Assembly (NCBI GenBank): GCA_902560855.1
Contig: CACENJ010000003.1
Coordinates: 16,180 to 80,179 of the forward strand
Source: an uncultured Pelagibacteraceae bacterium
GTDB taxonomy: Bacteria; Pseudomonadota; Alphaproteobacteria; Pelagibacterales; Pelagibacteraceae
DNA length: 64,000 nt
Reading direction: 5' to 3'
The notes beneath the pieces were generated by a model. It was not told the DNA's origin. It saw only the letters and a list, made by a program, of their open reading frames with translations, and did no database searches. Below, piece by piece: positions 8,133 to 17,476 of the stretch. How positions within the stretch are numbered: the stretch's first letter is position 1; each line of letters starts with the position of its first letter. The position numbers and the translations under genes were made by a program.

Positions 8133-9419
8133 TTAATCTCTAATAGCATAAGCAATAACACCTGTTTCTGAAACATCTGTTCCTTTCAGTTCAGCTTCTT
8201 TGCTTAACCTAATGCCAATAGTATTTTTCATTATTGCCCAAATGACAAAAGAGATAATAAATACAAATATATTTATTGATAAAACTCCTATAAACTGAGT
8301 TCCAAAATTTGCAGTAGAATTTGTAATTGGTACAGCTAAAGTTCCCCAAATTCCAGCAAACAAATGTGCAGGAATTGCTCCAACAACATCATCTATTTGA
8401 AATTTGAAAAGTAATTTAGTACCAAAAACAACAATTAGTCCACCAACTGCTCCTATGAGAATTGATGCAAAAGGCGATGGCATTAAAGGTTCTGCTGTAA
8501 TTGCAACTAATCCACCTATTGCACCATTAAGCATTTGTATAACATCTGTTCTCCCAGACATTAATCTTGTTATTAATGCTGCTGCAATTACACCTCCACA
8601 AGCTGATAAGTTTGTATTGATAAAGATTTTTGATATAGCTACTGCATCATCAAATGTACCCATTGCAAGTTGAGATCCACCATTAAATCCAAACCAACCT
8701 AACCATAAAATAAATACTCCTATTGTTACTAAAGGAATTGATGAAGCTGCAAATGGTTTAATTGGTGTAGGTTCACCAGATTTTTTAAATCTTCCCGTTC
8801 TTGGACCCAATAAAATTGCTCCTGCTAAAGCTGCTGCACCTCCTGTAGAGTGAACTAATGTTGATCCTGCAAAGTCAGAAAATCCTATAACTGCTAACCA
8901 TCCTCCACCCCATTGCCACCCCATTGCAATTGGATATATTGCTCCAGTTAACAATGCAGCAAATAAAAAAAACGGCCATAACTTAATTCTTTCAGCTAGA
9001 GTCCCTGAAACAATTGAAACTGTAGTGGCACAAAAAACCATTTGAAAATACCAATCTGAACCATCAGCATAACCAGTTTCTAATTTGCTTTCATCAGACC
9101 AAGAAACAAACTTGCCTATAAATCCACCTTCAGGGATTTCATAAGCTAAATTGTAACCAACCAACCAGAACATAACTCCAGCAATTGAATATAATCCAAT
9201 ATTTTTGGCACAAATTACTGATACACTTTTTGAAGTAACCATTCCAGATTCCAACATTGCAAATCCTGCGGCCATAAACATAACCAAAAATCCACATATC
9301 AAGAATAAAAATGTATTAAATATAAAACCAACTTCTGCGGAAACAGTAGTTTCTGCAGAACTTGGCAATGCAAGGGTAACAAAAAAAATAAAGACTGTAA
9401 TAAACTTAAATCTTCTCAT
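8133..9419 (-). CDS. amtB: ammonium transporter (Amt family)
   Basis: FQMVFCATTVSIVSG..AER, DFAGSTLVH, LWLGWFGFNGGS, IDDVVGAIPAH (twin His). Confidence 0.95.
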   Translation of the reverse strand: MRRFKFITVFIFFVTLALPSSAETTVSAEVGFIFNTFLFLICGFLVMFMAAGFAMLESGMVTSKSVSVICAKNIGLYSIAGVMFWLVGYNLAYEIPEGGFIGKFVSWSDESKLETGYADGSDWYFQMVFCATTVSIVSGTLAERIKLWPFFLFAALLTGAIYPIAMGWQWGGGWLAVIGFSDFAGSTLVHSTGGAAALAGAILLGPRTGRFKKSGEPTPIKPFAASSIPLVTIGVFILWLGWFGFNGGSQLAMGTFDDAVAISKIFINTNLSACGGVIAAALITRLMSGRTDVIQMLNGAIGGLVAITAEPLMPSPFASILIGAVGGLIVVFGTKLLFKFQIDDVVGAIPAHLFAGIWGTLAVPITNSTANFGTQFIGVLSINIFVFIISFVIWAIMKNTIGIRLSKEAELKGTDVSETGVIAYAIRD

Positions 9420-9499
9420 AAATAAGACTTAATTGATTCTTTTTTTTTTTAGAAACGCTATTTATGAATTACAGTTATGCGTTTTTTAAATATTAATTT

Positions 9500-10156
9500 T
9501 TAAAATTTAGCAATCTCAACTAGCTGATCTGACTCAAAAATTTTTTTTTGGTAGTTATTTTGAGCAATATTTACCATGGCTTTTGCAACATTTTCTACTT
9601 TTATAGGCTTGTATTTTTTTAATTTTCCGAAAAATAAAGGTGATAGTAATTTCATTAAAAACACTCCTATTTTCTCTCCAACTCTATTTTCTTTTCTATT
9701 ACCTAATAAAATTGAAGGTCGAATTATTGATAATTTAGTAAAATTTAATTTTATTAACTCCTGCTCTGCCTGTCCTTTATTTTTAAGATATAACCCGGAA
9801 GCATTGGGATTAGAACCTAAAGATGATACGTAAATAAAATTATTTACTGAGTTAGATTTTGCTATTTTTGCTATTTCAACAGGAATATTATACTCAATTC
9901 TTATATATTCATCCTTATCTTGGGTGTTTTTTCTTGTAGTTCCAATACAAAAAAAACAATCATCTCCTGCAATGGAGTCTTTGTGTTTTTCTAAATTGTT
10001 AAAGTCTGTCTCAATGATTTTTAATTTTGGATTATTATTTTCTGGTAATGACCGAACAAATAATTTTATATTATCATACTTGTTGTTTTGAAGAATTATG
10101 TTAACAAGCTTACTTCCAATAAGTCCCGATGAACCAAATACTAGAGCTGTTTTCAT
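9500..10156 (-). CDS. NAD(P)-binding oxidoreductase (HTATIP2/YraR-like atypical SDR)
   Basis: GSSGLIG, FCIGTT, VSSLGS, YLKNKG, IIRPSILLG. Confidence 0.85.
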   Translation of the reverse strand: MKTALVFGSSGLIGSKLVNIILQNNKYDNIKLFVRSLPENNNPKLKIIETDFNNLEKHKDSIAGDDCFFCIGTTRKNTQDKDEYIRIEYNIPVEIAKIAKSNSVNNFIYVSSLGSNPNASGLYLKNKGQAEQELIKLNFTKLSIIRPSILLGNRKENRVGEKIGVFLMKLLSPLFFGKLKKYKPIKVENVAKAMVNIAQNNYQKKIFESDQLVEIAKF

Positions 10157-11142
10157 TATTTGTTTAAATTAATACTAATTAAACAAATAATTTCAAACAT
10201 TATAGATGCCGCAACCATTGAAGTAATCTGGTTTGGATTATCTTTTGTAGGCATTAAACAAGCAACATCTCCTCCTATTACATTTTTACCTTTAAGACTC
10301 TGAATAAGTTTTCTTGCTTCGTCCATATTAAAACCTCTAAAAGCTGGCTCAAGATTTGCTGTACCTGGTGCAACTGTAGTGTCTAAACAATCGAGATCGA
10401 AAGTAACATAAATTGGATTGTTGCCCAATCTATCTAAAATCATTTTTGAACATTTTTCGTGTCCTAAATCTTTATATTCATCCATAGTTATAACTTGATA
10501 TCCAATGTCATAACTTGCCTGTAACCAATCTAAAGTTCTTGGGTTTCCTCTAATTCCTATTTGTGTGCTAGTTGAAGGATCTACATTTCCTTGCTTAACT
10601 AAGTATGAAGCCCAATGAGCAGCTGATTTTTTAGCACCTAAAAAATGATCTAGTTTCTCATAACAGTCAGTATGTGCATCAAAATGAACAAGAGTTATTT
10701 TTTTTCCTTTAGTTAATTTAGAATTTTTTTTTGCTAAACTTTGTACTATTCCTCCAGTAACTGAATGATCGCCTCCAATAGATACGACTGGCTTTTCAGC
10801 TTTTTCAATATAATCGTAAAAAGCTGAAATTCTTTCAATACATTTTTCATTATCATTCGCTTCTGGAAAAGGAACATCTCCTAAATCATGAATTTTATTT
10901 TGCTTCCAAGGATCAATTCCATATTGAAGATGAGATCTTCTCAACATTGCTGAAATATTTCTAACAGCTCTTGGACCTAAATGCTGGTCCCTTTCTGTTG
11001 TTCCATTACCAGTGCTGTGCGGAACCCCTACTAGGGCAATATCACAATTTTTAGGTTCAGGATCATTTTTGCATCTGAATAAAGTTGGTATTCCCCACCA
11101 GTAAAGGGTTTCCATCATTATCTTATCTTCTTCTGAAATCAT
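10156..11142 (-). CDS. ureohydrolase (arginase/agmatinase family), atypical
   Basis: GGDHS, HFDAHTD, TFDLDCLD metal ligands present. Substrate-side motifs diverge (see findings). Confidence 0.85.
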   Translation of the reverse strand: MISEEDKIMMETLYWWGIPTLFRCKNDPEPKNCDIALVGVPHSTGNGTTERDQHLGPRAVRNISAMLRRSHLQYGIDPWKQNKIHDLGDVPFPEANDNEKCIERISAFYDYIEKAEKPVVSIGGDHSVTGGIVQSLAKKNSKLTKGKKITLVHFDAHTDCYEKLDHFLGAKKSAAHWASYLVKQGNVDPSTSTQIGIRGNPRTLDWLQASYDIGYQVITMDEYKDLGHEKCSKMILDRLGNNPIYVTFDLDCLDTTVAPGTANLEPAFRGFNMDEARKLIQSLKGKNVIGGDVACLMPTKDNPNQITSMVAASIMFEIICLISINLNK

Positions 11143-11204
11143 TAATTTAATATTACATAATTAAAAAAAATATAAAGAAGAAAGATTATGTGATATAGGG
11201 GCCA

Positions 11205-12155
11205 ATGGCTGCTAAAAATAATAATCCTAAAGGCATATTGCTCATATTAGTGGCTATGATGGTTTTTTCAGTACAAGACTCCATCATGAAATATATTTAT
11301 AATTTCGCATCCTTGTATGAAGTTTATCTAATTAGAACTTTAGTAAGTTTAGTAATTATTTTAATATTTTTAAAATTAACAAAAAAACCAATAGTATTTA
11401 AAACTAAATATCCACTCCTAACTTCTATTAGAGTGATTCTTTTCTTTTTTGGATTTAGTTCTTTTTATATTTCCTTAACTATTATGCCTTTAGCTACAGC
11501 TACTGCTTTATTCTTTGTTACTCCTTTTTTAATTACAATTTTTGCAAGTTTTTTTTTAAAAGAATACATAGGAGTTAGAAGATGGTCTGCAGTTGTGGTT
11601 GGTTTTATTGGGGTATATATAATACTAAATCCTGACTTTAGTGATTTCGACTATCTAAGTTTAACACCTATTTTATGTGCATTCTGTTATTCGTTATCAA
11701 TGATAATTATAAAAAAAACTTCAGATAAGGATAGCGTATATACACAAACATTTACATTTTATCTTGGTGCAATAGTAATTAGCTCAATTTTTTATTTATT
11801 TATTGGAGATGGACAATATAACACTACAAAACATCCTGCTGCTGAATTTATATTTAGAGAATGGTTTGCAAATCTAGAAGTTTCAATGTTGTTGATGATT
11901 GCAACTGGCGTTACGGCCTCTGCTGCTTTTCTTCTTTTGTTTACAGCTTACAGTGTAGCGTCTCCTTCAGTAGTCTCACCTTTTGAATATTCAATATTAT
12001 TATGGTCCACTTTAAGTGGTTGGATATTTTTTGAAGAAATTCCTGGTTTAAATACATTTATTGGAATGTTTATAATTGTATCAGCAGGTATTTACATTTT
12101 TATGCGTGAAAAAGCTAAAGATCAGACTATAGTTACAGAAAAACCTTTAAGATAA
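11205..12155 (+). CDS. DMT/EamA family transporter
   Basis: About 10 TM; LKEYIGVRRWSAVVVGFIGV; ASPSVVSPFEYS. Confidence 0.88.
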   Translation: MAAKNNNPKGILLILVAMMVFSVQDSIMKYIYNFASLYEVYLIRTLVSLVIILIFLKLTKKPIVFKTKYPLLTSIRVILFFFGFSSFYISLTIMPLATATALFFVTPFLITIFASFFLKEYIGVRRWSAVVVGFIGVYIILNPDFSDFDYLSLTPILCAFCYSLSMIIIKKTSDKDSVYTQTFTFYLGAIVISSIFYLFIGDGQYNTTKHPAAEFIFREWFANLEVSMLLMIATGVTASAAFLLLFTAYSVASPSVVSPFEYSILLWSTLSGWIFFEEIPGLNTFIGMFIIVSAGIYIFMREKAKDQTIVTEKPLR

Positions 12156-13127
12156 ATGAGTAAAAATATAGTTCCCACTATTAACATTGCTTCAATAGTT
12201 AAAAATGGTTTTAATTCTTCAAAATCAAATAAAATTATAAATGAAATTAAAAAAGCTTGTATTAATATCGGCTTTTTTCAAGTTACAGGCCACGGAATAA
12301 ATCAAAAAAATATTAATAATATTTGCAAAGTAGGAAATAAATTTTTTAATTCTCCTAAAAAAAATAAAAGAAAACTTTCACCTAAAAAATGGAATAATAA
12401 AAATAAAAATATATATAGGGGATATTTTCCAAATGATGTTAATGGAAAAGAAGGTTTAGACATTGGTGACCCCAAAGTAACTAAAAAATATGCATCAGAT
12501 ATAAATATAAAATATATTGAATATTTAAATCTCAATAAATCTCTTGATGAAAGATCAATTAAAATATTAACAGAATATTTCAATAAAATTTTCATTCTAG
12601 GACAAACATTATTTAAGAGTGTAATTAAAATTTATAAAGATGATTTAAAAAAGTCTGATCTTATTTTTTCAAGGCTTAAAACTTTAAGCACATTAAGATT
12701 TAACTATTATCCTAACCAAAAAAGGCCTGTGGAAATTTCCAAGCAAGATGGTGTTGCTCTAGGATGTGAAACTCACGTTGATAGTGGAATATTTACAATT
12801 CTTTACCAAGATAAAAAAGGAGGTTTACAAGTTCAAAATAGAATAAACAAAAAATGGTATGATGTTCCTTTTAACAAAAATGCTTTTATAGTTAACACTG
12901 GATTAGCACTCCAATATTTAAGTAATAATAAATTTAAAGCAACAAATCATAGAGTCCTGTGGAACAAAACGAAAAGAATGTCTATTCCCTTTTTCTTTGA
13001 GCCTTCTTATGATTTTAAAATGAATCCTAAATTTTTTAACAAGTCTAATAAAAAAAATAATAAAATAATTAATTATGAAGTTTTTTTAAAAAAATCCTTA
13101 AAAAAATTCATAGAGTACAGACGTTAG
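12156..13127 (+). CDS. isopenicillin-N-synthase-family Fe(II)/2OG oxygenase
   Basis: GFFQVTGHGI, LRFNYYP, HVDSG (HxD), GGLQV, NHRV, RMS motif. Confidence 0.88.
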   Translation: MSKNIVPTINIASIVKNGFNSSKSNKIINEIKKACINIGFFQVTGHGINQKNINNICKVGNKFFNSPKKNKRKLSPKKWNNKNKNIYRGYFPNDVNGKEGLDIGDPKVTKKYASDINIKYIEYLNLNKSLDERSIKILTEYFNKIFILGQTLFKSVIKIYKDDLKKSDLIFSRLKTLSTLRFNYYPNQKRPVEISKQDGVALGCETHVDSGIFTILYQDKKGGLQVQNRINKKWYDVPFNKNAFIVNTGLALQYLSNNKFKATNHRVLWNKTKRMSIPFFFEPSYDFKMNPKFFNKSNKKNNKIINYEVFLKKSLKKFIEYRR

Positions 13128-13154
13128 AAGTAATATAAAAAAATTGAGTTGTTA

Positions 13155-14432
13155 ATGAAAAAAATTTTTATAATTGTAGCTTGCTTATTTGCCTTTGTTT
13201 TTGGGGCTATTTATGGATACGAAAATCCTGAAATATTAGATTTAATAAAAATAAAATTTAAAAAACAGTCTTCTTCAAAAATAGACAAAGAAAAAGGTCC
13301 TTTACAAAAAGTTAATGCTAATTCTTTTAATGTTGAATTTTCAAAAATAATTTCACTAACCGAAAGAACAGCTTTTATTGTTTATAAAGAAAAAGATAAT
13401 GAAAGTCCTTTTACAATATACACGCAAGATGGATTTGTATTAAGAGATTTTAAACAAAAAAAATTGAATTTACCAAATTTTTTAGCTGTAAAAAAAAAAG
13501 GTGGTTTAAAAACGGTTTTTTTTCATGATAATAATGCTTTTGCATTAATTTCATCTAAAAAAAATAACTGCTATTATGCTTCAATAGTTTTTTTAAAAGA
13601 AGAAAAAGAAATATTTGAAACAGAATGTTTACCAAGCCAACAAGTCGATTACAACGGTTTGGGTAGTAGCAGTGTTCACTATAAAGATAGTATTTTATTA
13701 AGCATAGGTGCACCCGAATCTATTGATCATCAAATAGCTAGTTTGGCGCAAGACAAAAATTCAATGTATGGAAAAATAATCGAAATTAAAAAAAATGAAT
13801 TAAATAAAATTATTACAAATAAGATAGATTATATTAGTCCAAAAATATTTAGTTTGGGTCACAGAAATCCTCAAGGCTTAACCAAAATTAATAAAACTTT
13901 ATTTAGTGTTGAACATGGTCCACGTGGAGGTGATGAATTAAATAAAATTCAAAAAAATAAAAACTATGGTTGGCCAATTGTTTCTTACGGGGTTAAATAT
14001 ATTTTGCTTGATGATAGTGAAAGAATTTTTAGAGTAAATCATGAAAAAAATGGATTTGAAGAACCAATTTTTGCACTTGTTCCTTCGGTAGGCATTTCTT
14101 CATTAAATAAATGCCCTAATAAGTTAAGTAATTATTATGACAAACCATGTCTAATGGCTCTATCTTTGTATGGCAATGGTTTAAGACCTGGAAGATCAAT
14201 TATAATTTTTTTATTAAATGAAGATATGGATAGAATTCATTCTACTGAAAAAATTTATTTAAGAAATGACTTAAAACTTAGACATTTTGTTACCAACTCA
14301 AAAAATGAACTACATGAAGATATAAATGGCGATATATATATATCAGCTGACAAAAAAGGAATTTACAAAATAAGTTTCGTTGATTTTATTAATGCTGAAG
14401 GTAGCAATAAACTAAAAAAATCTTTCAATTAA
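13155..14432 (+). CDS. PQQ-dependent sugar dehydrogenase (GSDH/soluble aldose dehydrogenase-like), membrane-anchored or exported
   Basis: GHRNPQGL, EHGPRGGDELN, NYGWP. N-terminal hydrophobic segment. Confidence 0.78.
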   Translation: MKKIFIIVACLFAFVFGAIYGYENPEILDLIKIKFKKQSSSKIDKEKGPLQKVNANSFNVEFSKIISLTERTAFIVYKEKDNESPFTIYTQDGFVLRDFKQKKLNLPNFLAVKKKGGLKTVFFHDNNAFALISSKKNNCYYASIVFLKEEKEIFETECLPSQQVDYNGLGSSSVHYKDSILLSIGAPESIDHQIASLAQDKNSMYGKIIEIKKNELNKIITNKIDYISPKIFSLGHRNPQGLTKINKTLFSVEHGPRGGDELNKIQKNKNYGWPIVSYGVKYILLDDSERIFRVNHEKNGFEEPIFALVPSVGISSLNKCPNKLSNYYDKPCLMALSLYGNGLRPGRSIIIFLLNEDMDRIHSTEKIYLRNDLKLRHFVTNSKNELHEDINGDIYISADKKGIYKISFVDFINAEGSNKLKKSFN

Positions 14433-14489
14433 AAAGGATTCTATAACTTGTGTAATAATAATAATTAATTACATATCTCAACAATTTTA

Positions 14490-14498
14490 TGCTATAAT
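14490..14498 (+). promoter_or_regulatory. extended -10 sigma70 promoter element (TGnTATAAT)
   Basis: TGCTATAAT about 100 bp upstream of the LLM operon start; predicts a TSS near 14505. Confidence 0.6.
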
Positions 14499-14502
14499 TT
14501 AA

Positions 14503-14590
14503 TTAAAGCGATACATAACTCGTCGTTTAAGATTTCAAAAACTAAACGAAAGTGGGATCGGTCGTCTTTAAATTGATTTTTAAAGGAGGC
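14503..14590 (+). ncRNA. structured 5' leader, candidate translational riboswitch
   Basis: P1 14503-14512/14561-14571 and P2 TCGTTTA/TAAACGA (14523-29/14543-49). An alternative hairpin 14561-72/14579-90 sequesters the GGAGG RBS. Confidence 0.5.
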
Positions 14591-14594
14591 TTAA

Positions 14595-15764
14595 ATGAAA
14601 TTTGGTTATTTTTGCAATACTACTAACTGGAATCACAAACCTTATTATCAGCTACTAGACGAAACAAAAGATATCACAGAATATTGTGATAAAAATGATT
14701 GGAATTCAATTTGGTTTACAGAACATCATTTTAATCACGAAGGAATGGAGTCTTGCACCAATCCTCTAATGTTAGGGGCTGATGCAGCTGCTAGAACTAA
14801 AAATATTAGAATTGGACAAGCTGCTAATATTATAACTTTTCATAACCCCATTAGATTAGCTGAGGATATTGCTACACTAGATCAATTGTCGAAAGGTAGA
14901 GTTGAAGTTGGAGTTGGCAGAGGAATTTATGGTAGAGAAGCAATTCACATGAATGTTGAAGCAGATTTAAAAGATCAGGCAAAAAATTTTAGACTATTTG
15001 AAGAAACTTTAACAATATTAAAAAAAGCATGGACTGAAAAATTCTTTGCACATAAAGGAGAATTTTACACTTACCCTGCCACGGATTTTGTTTGGCAACA
15101 TGATATGAGTCCACCAAACGAAGATTTCATGGATTTAAAAAACAAAACACTAAAAAAAATAAGTGTTGTGCCTCAACCTTATCAAAAACCTCATCCACCA
15201 ATTCATCAAGTTGTAGATGGTATAAGATCAATAGAATGGGCTGCAAAAAATGGCATAAATATCATTATGTGGATTCCAACTGTTAAAGCTTTAAAAATTA
15301 AATTTGAAGCATATAAAAATGCAAAATCAGAAGCTGAAAAAAGAAATGTTTCTCTTGGAGAAGGAGTTACATTGGTTAGAGATATGTTTGTTGCTGATAG
15401 CATGGAAGAAGCAAAAGAGAAAGCGGGCGAACATATGGTAAACTATATGAAATGGGTTTGTCATTGGAGAGGCCTTGGAAATCATATGGACCCTGGTGAG
15501 GAGTTGCCAGAAACTAAAGGGAAATTAGATTTATTAAGTTATGACTTTCTTCATAAACGTAACATGCTATTTGGAACTCCAGAATATGTTATTGATAAAA
15601 TTAAAGAATTAAAATCAGAGCTTAACTTAAAAAATTTACAAGTTTGGTCAAATTTTCCAGGAGTTAAACATGAGGATTGTATGAAAAGTATAAAAATGTT
15701 TACTGAAAAAGTTATGCCTCATTTTAAAGATGATATAGATACAAAAATCAAAAAAGTTTCGTGA
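14595..15764 (+). CDS. luciferase-like (LLM) flavin-dependent monooxygenase
   Basis: WFTEHHF, NPIRLAEDIATLDQLSKGRVEVGVGRG, PQPYQKPHPPI, FGTPEYV. Confidence 0.92.
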   Translation: MKFGYFCNTTNWNHKPYYQLLDETKDITEYCDKNDWNSIWFTEHHFNHEGMESCTNPLMLGADAAARTKNIRIGQAANIITFHNPIRLAEDIATLDQLSKGRVEVGVGRGIYGREAIHMNVEADLKDQAKNFRLFEETLTILKKAWTEKFFAHKGEFYTYPATDFVWQHDMSPPNEDFMDLKNKTLKKISVVPQPYQKPHPPIHQVVDGIRSIEWAAKNGINIIMWIPTVKALKIKFEAYKNAKSEAEKRNVSLGEGVTLVRDMFVADSMEEAKEKAGEHMVNYMKWVCHWRGLGNHMDPGEELPETKGKLDLLSYDFLHKRNMLFGTPEYVIDKIKELKSELNLKNLQVWSNFPGVKHEDCMKSIKMFTEKVMPHFKDDIDTKIKKVS

Positions 15765-17476
15765 TTAAATCTAAAAAAAGAAATGCCACAAAAAACTTAA
15801 GTGGAGGTCAAGCTGTTGTTAAATGTTTAATAAAAGAAAAAGTCAAACATGTATTTGGTTTGATTGGCTCTTCCACAATGGAAGTTTTTGATGCTCTCTA
15901 TCATGAAAAAAAAATAAAATTTATCGGTGTGAGAGATGAAAGAACTGGTACTCATATGGCTGACGGATATGCAAGAGCATCAAATAAGCCCGGTGTAATT
16001 CTTGCAGGACAAAATGGACCTGGCGCTACAAACCTTATAACAGGTATAGCGCAAGCTTCAGCTGCCTTTTCTCCTGTAGTTTCTATTGCAGGTTCATATT
16101 CTACAAAAGAAAAAGTTCAAGATGCCTTTCAAGGACTTGATCAACAATCTTTATTTAAACCAATAACCAAAAAAACCTGGACAATTAAAGACCAAAAAAA
16201 AATCCCTAAAATATTTAGTAATGCTTTTAATTTAGCTATGTCTCCAAGAAGAGGTCCAGTTCAAATAAATCTACCTAGAGATATTTTGCCAAAAAAAGCT
16301 AAATTAAACATTGATCAAACTAAAAAATCATATGAATCCAAAAGTTCTCTAAAAGCAAAAAATAAAGATATTAAAAAAGCTATAAAAATAATTTTAAAAT
16401 CAAATAAACCTGTAATAGTTGCAGGAGGAGGAATTAAATATACTGCTAAGTATAAAGAAGTAATAAAATTAGCAGAACTATTAAATATTCCCATCGTTAC
16501 TGCTGCTGGTCATGGTGATGCTATACCATTTAACTATAAATTAAATGCTGGACAGATGGGTCCTAGAGGAAACCCAGTCGCTTCAAAGTTAGTTAAAAAA
16601 GCTGACGTAATAATTGCTTTAGGCACTCGCCTTGGCTTTAATTCAACTTTTTACTCTTATGAAAACATAAATAAGAAGGCAAAAATAATCCAAGTAGAAC
16701 TAGAAAAGAAAATGCTAGGAAGGTATTTTCCAATAACTTTGGGTATTTGTGCCGACGCTGCAACTACAACTAACCAAATATACCTAGAAATAAAAAAACA
16801 AAAATCTAAGTTAAATATAAAAAACTGGACTAATGACTATTTAAACGAAAGAAAAATTTATTTAAATAATAGAGAAAGCAGCAATAATTTAAAAAAATTT
16901 CCAATACAGCCGAAAGATTTATTTAAAGAACTAAGAAAAGTTCTACCTAAAAATTCTGCTATTACTCTAGATGCTGGAACTCTTTGTCTTCAAGCAACAG
17001 ATGCTTTAAAATATTTTAATCCTCCTTCTTTGTTCACTCCTTTGGACTTTGGCCTAGTGGGGTTTTCTTTTGCTTGCGGGTTAGGAGTTAAAGTTGCTTG
17101 TCCTGACAAAACAGTTGTTAGTTTAATGGGAGACGGAGGTTTTGGAATGACAATTTCAGAATTAAGCACAGCTGTACAATACAAAATTAACACAATTACT
17201 ATTGTTATGAACAATAACAGTTGGGGAGCTGAAAAAGCTTATCAAAAAGATTTTTTTGGAAAAAGATATATAGGAGCTGATATAAGAAGCCCAGAATTTC
17301 ATAAGGTTGCTCAACTTTATGGTGCAAAAGGTTTTAATGTAAATAAGGTTTTAGAAATTAATCATGCGTTGAAAGCTGCTTTAAAATGTAATAAGCCAGC
17401 AGTAATTAATGTTAACGTAGATCCTAAAGCATTATATAGTTTTAGAAGAGATAGTTTTAAACATAGGACAAAATAA
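15761..17476 (+). CDS. ThDP-dependent enzyme, sulfoacetaldehyde acetyltransferase (Xsc)-like
   Basis: GDGGFGM...NN ThDP motif; GQNGPG and WGAEK motifs recall Xsc rather than IlvB. GTG start overlaps the LLM stop. Confidence 0.7.
   Translation: MIKSKKRNATKNLSGGQAVVKCLIKEKVKHVFGLIGSSTMEVFDALYHEKKIKFIGVRDERTGTHMADGYARASNKPGVILAGQNGPGATNLITGIAQASAAFSPVVSIAGSYSTKEKVQDAFQGLDQQSLFKPITKKTWTIKDQKKIPKIFSNAFNLAMSPRRGPVQINLPRDILPKKAKLNIDQTKKSYESKSSLKAKNKDIKKAIKIILKSNKPVIVAGGGIKYTAKYKEVIKLAELLNIPIVTAAGHGDAIPFNYKLNAGQMGPRGNPVASKLVKKADVIIALGTRLGFNSTFYSYENINKKAKIIQVELEKKMLGRYFPITLGICADAATTTNQIYLEIKKQKSKLNIKNWTNDYLNERKIYLNNRESSNNLKKFPIQPKDLFKELRKVLPKNSAITLDAGTLCLQATDALKYFNPPSLFTPLDFGLVGFSFACGLGVKVACPDKTVVSLMGDGGFGMTISELSTAVQYKINTITIVMNNNSWGAEKAYQKDFFGKRYIGADIRSPEFHKVAQLYGAKGFNVNKVLEINHALKAALKCNKPAVINVNVDPKALYSFRRDSFKHRTK

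Noticed and set aside
9440-9450. T11 homopolymer upstream of amtB as a phase-variation tract
   Set aside because: A/T runs of 9-11 nt occur repeatedly in this AT-rich window, including inside intact genes; no supporting evidence.
10156-11142. Agmatinase speB
   Set aside because: The family is clear, but the His and Glu substrate/catalytic motifs diverge, so the gene symbol was withheld.
15761-17476. Second acetolactate synthase (ilvB/ilvI)
   Set aside because: It lacks the AHAS motifs (MLGMHG, GQHQMW, MVRQWQ) present in the true ilvI at 55306-57072.
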